From: Halalkalibacterium halodurans
GTDB lineage: Bacteria; Bacillota; Bacilli; Bacillales; Bacillaceae_D
Direction of reading: 5' to 3'
Length of the DNA: 29,680 nucleotides
NCBI RefSeq assembly: GCF_004376175.1
Contig: NZ_SNUY01000055.1
Coordinates: 1 to 29,680, forward strand
The first letter of the stretch is position 1. Each line of letters opens with the position of its first letter. Position numbers and translations under genes: made by a program. Below are positions 27,287-29,680 of the stretch, piece by piece. The notes beneath the pieces are model-generated. The model had not been told where the DNA came from and made no database searches. It saw only the letters and a program-made list of their open reading frames with translations.

Positions 27287-28180
27287 TTATTGCTTTAACT
27301 GACCCACTTGTTTTTCATAAATGTCCTTAATATACTGAGCTACATCTTCTGACAAATCATCCCGTTGTAAGGCTAAATCAATTGTTGCTTTAATAAAGCC
27401 AAACTTGTCCCCCACGTCGTAACGAACACCGTCAAAATTGTAGGCTAACACGACCTGAGATTCATTCAAGACCTTTATCGCATCGGTTAACTGAATCTCG
27501 CCGCCAGCACCTGGAGGTAGGTTCTCTAGAATATCAAAAATTTCCGGGCGAAGCACATACCTTCCCATAATCGCATAATTGGAAGGCGCCTCTTCTAGCT
27601 TTGGCTTTTCGACAAAGCCAGCGGCGTGAATAACGTTCGCTTCAATCTCTGACCCTTTCGGAGAAACAATCCCATACTTGGAGACATCTTCATTAGGCAC
27701 TTCCTGAACCCCAACAACCGACGAATGATAGCGGTCAAAAACATCAATTAGCTGCTTTAAGCACGGAACATCCGACTGGACAATATCGTCTCCTAGTAGA
27801 ACGGCAAACGGTTCATTTCCTATAAATTTGCGAGCACACCAAATCGCATGCCCTAACCCATTGGCCTCTTTTTGACGGATGTAATGAATATTCGTCATGC
27901 TCGAGATCGCCTTTACTTCTTCTAGCAATTTAGACTTGTTTTTCTTTTCTAGTGTTTCTTCTAACTCAAAGGATTTATCGAAGTGATCTTCAATCGCACG
28001 CTTCCCTCTACCAGTCACAACGATAATATCTTCAATTCCCGATTCAATCGCTTCTTCGATAATATATTGAATCGTTGGCTTATCAACGATCGGTAACATT
28101 TCTTTCGGTTGCGCTTTCGTTGCTGGGAGAAATCTTGTCCCTAGACCTGCCGCAGGGATGATGGCTTTTTTTACATGCAT
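27287..28180 (-). CDS. gtaB: UTP--glucose-1-phosphate uridylyltransferase
   Basis: [31 protein letters not shown]-terminus, GLGHA, VEKP motifs. Length about 297 aa, as for GtaB/GalU. Confidence 0.93.
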   Translation of the reverse strand: MHVKKAIIPAAGLGTRFLPATKAQPKEMLPIVDKPTIQYIIEEAIESGIEDIIVVTGRGKRAIEDHFDKSFELEETLEKKNKSKLLEEVKAISSMTNIHYIRQKEANGLGHAIWCARKFIGNEPFAVLLGDDIVQSDVPCLKQLIDVFDRYHSSVVGVQEVPNEDVSKYGIVSPKGSEIEANVIHAAGFVEKPKLEEAPSNYAIMGRYVLRPEIFDILENLPPGAGGEIQLTDAIKVLNESQVVLAYNFDGVRYDVGDKFGFIKATIDLALQRDDLSEDVAQYIKDIYEKQVGQLKQ

Positions 28181-28287
28181 TTGATTTCCTTCCCTTTCTT
28201 AATGTATTTATCCAGCACCCATTATAATATACGATAAAATCATTTTCTACTATATCAATAAGAAACTCAATTGAAAGAAAGGCTGAA

Positions 28288-28325
28288 CAAAAAACAGTGT
28301 GATTCCTCTAAAGGATATCACACTG
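28288..28325 (-). terminator. Intrinsic terminator after the glucosaminidase gene
   Basis: 9-bp perfect stem 28295-28303/28317-28325 (cagtgtgat/atcacactg), followed on the minus strand by TTTTTTG. Confidence 0.65.
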
Positions 28326-28340
28326 CCTCTAATTTTTAAA

Positions 28341-29680
28341 TTAATTATATCGCACAATATCAAAACGTAATACAGGATTGTCTAGTTGTTGATATAATTC
28401 TTTGATTCTAGGAACTTGTTTAACAGCCCATCCCATATCAGTTGCATATTGAGGAAATCCACCACTTGCGTTTTGATATAAGTGGTTCCATCTCATTTTA
28501 TACAACGTATTTTGACCACGAGCAAAATAACTATTAGAAATAAACTGGGCCCCGCCAATAATGGCGGCTTCAGGAGTGAACCACCCTTCCTGATAGGCAC
28601 GTATTGCTCCTAATCGATATGGATCACTATCATGCGCACCGATTCCAAACATGTTGTAGGTCGTTCTAATATTTGTTAGACTGCTTCTATTGCTAGAAGT
28701 TACCAATACAAGGTTTCCGCTACTATTTCTACCTACTTCAATACCTGTCGCTAAGCTAGATCTTCCATTCCCTGTTTCCAATAAGGCGTGAGCGATCAGA
28801 TAGATTTCATTAACAGAATGTGTTCTTCCAGCCTCAATGAATGCTTGACCTTTTCCATCAAGAATTCCTTTACCTGCCAGAACTTTGTTTAATTCTTGTG
28901 CAGAGACACCTACACTTCGATCTAAAACTAAATGCTGAAATCTATCATTTTGGTTTGGATCTAGGTAAGGAAGGAAGTCTGATTGGGTGGCATTTCTCCA
29001 TGTTTGGTATGTAATTTCATACCATCTATTACTTCCACTCACTGTAGTACCAGTCACTTCTCTTTGAACCGTTAAACGTGTCCCACTAGTGACAGAACCA
29101 AAAATGTGGCTACTGCTACTTGCTGATTGCCGAATATTAGCAGTACTTTTGACAACAGCGACCTGACTTTCACTTGCTAGGGAACTATGAACATACAAAG
29201 TTCTGTTGTCATAGGTAATTTTATACCATCTAGTGTTCCCATTAACAGCACTTCCAGTAACATTATTGTCTTGAATAACAAATGCAGTTCCTCTACTTAC
29301 CGACGTATAAATATTACTGCTACTTGAGTTGTTAGGGCTTGTTCTTAGGTTTACAGTGCTACCAGTAATTGTTCCTCCTAGGACAATATCAACCAATGAG
29401 CTGTGAATATACGCTGGATCGTTACGATACTTGTCCGTTTGAGGTGGTGGATTTAATTGAAGCTGTCTAGCTGCAGCCTGAGAAAGTGTCAAGTTATACT
29501 GTGTATATGTGACAATTTCTTTTGCCTTTAATAGTTCAGAAATTTTATCTAACGTCTTGGCATCAGCGATTCCACTCACTGGGAGGTTATAGTCTCGTTG
29601 AAACTTCCTTACTTCTTCCTCTGTTTCCGCACCGTAAAACGCTGTTGGGTTATTCCAATGTAACCCGTAGCCGAGTCTCA
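28341..29680 (-). CDS. Cell-wall hydrolase: PG_binding_1-like repeat, 2 x SH3b, GH73 N-acetylglucosaminidase (LytD-like). 5' end outside the window
   Basis: The frame stays open upstream of the ORF-track GTG (29579) to the window edge, and that extension reads RLGYGLHWNNPTAFYGAETEEEVRKFQRDYNLPVSGIADAKTL, a peptidoglycan-binding-domain pattern. Two SH3b-like repeats (VNLRTSP...RWYKITY and ANIRQSA...RWYEITY). C-terminal glucosaminidase motifs (NEIYLIAHALLETGNG, YNMFGIGA, LYKMRWN). Confidence 0.85.
   Translation of the reverse strand, partial: RLGYGLHWNNPTAFYGAETEEEVRKFQRDYNLPVSGIADAKTLDKISELLKAKEIVTYTQYNLTLSQAAARQLQLNPPPQTDKYRNDPAYIHSSLVDIVLGGTITGSTVNLRTSPNNSSSSNIYTSVSRGTAFVIQDNNVTGSAVNGNTRWYKITYDNRTLYVHSSLASESQVAVVKSTANIRQSASSSSHIFGSVTSGTRLTVQREVTGTTVSGSNRWYEITYQTWRNATQSDFLPYLDPNQNDRFQHLVLDRSVGVSAQELNKVLAGKGILDGKGQAFIEAGRTHSVNEIYLIAHALLETGNGRSSLATGIEVGRNSSGNLVLVTSSNRSSLTNIRTTYNMFGIGAHDSDPYRLGAIRAYQEGWFTPEAAIIGGAQFISNSYFARGQNTLYKMRWNHLYQNASGGFPQYATDMGWAVKQVPRIKELYQQLDNPVLRFDIVRYN

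Noticed and set aside
1-29680. Scan for CRISPR arrays, tRNA/rRNA genes, integrases or prophage genes, defence systems, toxin-antitoxin pairs and biosynthetic clusters
   Set aside because: There are no regularly spaced direct repeats and no tRNA-like T-arm or acceptor patterns. All large ORFs are accounted for by housekeeping, transport, regulatory or cell-wall functions, and the only mobile DNA is the IS at the left edge.

Overview
Chromosomal window from a Bacillaceae-type Firmicute. The backbone follows the B. subtilis comF / degV / degSU / yvyE / LCP (tagV position) / tuaA-like / gtaB / lytD-like cell-envelope neighbourhood. Left to right: (i) the 3' part of an IS6-family-like insertion sequence with an unusually long, strongly structured non-coding tail, ending about 43 bp from comFC; (ii) comFA-comFC (no comFB), degV, degS-degU and divergent yvyE; (iii) a roughly 16 kb block, entirely on the minus strand, that sits between yvyE and the LCP gene, which are adjacent in B. 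subtilis. This block holds an AraC/GyrI-like regulator, a stand-alone GyrI-like paralogue, an ECF-type sigma factor with a fused SnoaL/NTF2-like C-terminal domain closely linked (3-nt gap, SD inside the sigma gene) to pyrrolidone-carboxylate peptidase, two complete Opp/Dpp-type peptide ABC importers with different gene orders, and an Lrp/AsnC regulator preceded by a 660-bp AT-rich spacer; (iv) a cell-wall glycopolymer module: LCP ligase, NAD-dependent sugar epimerase, polyprenyl-phosphate sugar transferase, gtaB and a PG_binding/SH3b/GH73 glucosaminidase that runs off the right edge. I found no rRNA, tRNA, CRISPR array, prophage, recognisable defence system or toxin-antitoxin pair. I do not see a clear-cut novel system. 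The best leads are the sigma-SnoaL/pcp pairing inside a peptide-uptake island, the 150-nt hairpin in the IS tail, and the promoter, long leader and 24-bp perfect palindrome upstream of the Lrp/Opp unit. All functional calls rest on motif recognition by eye, since no searches could be run.
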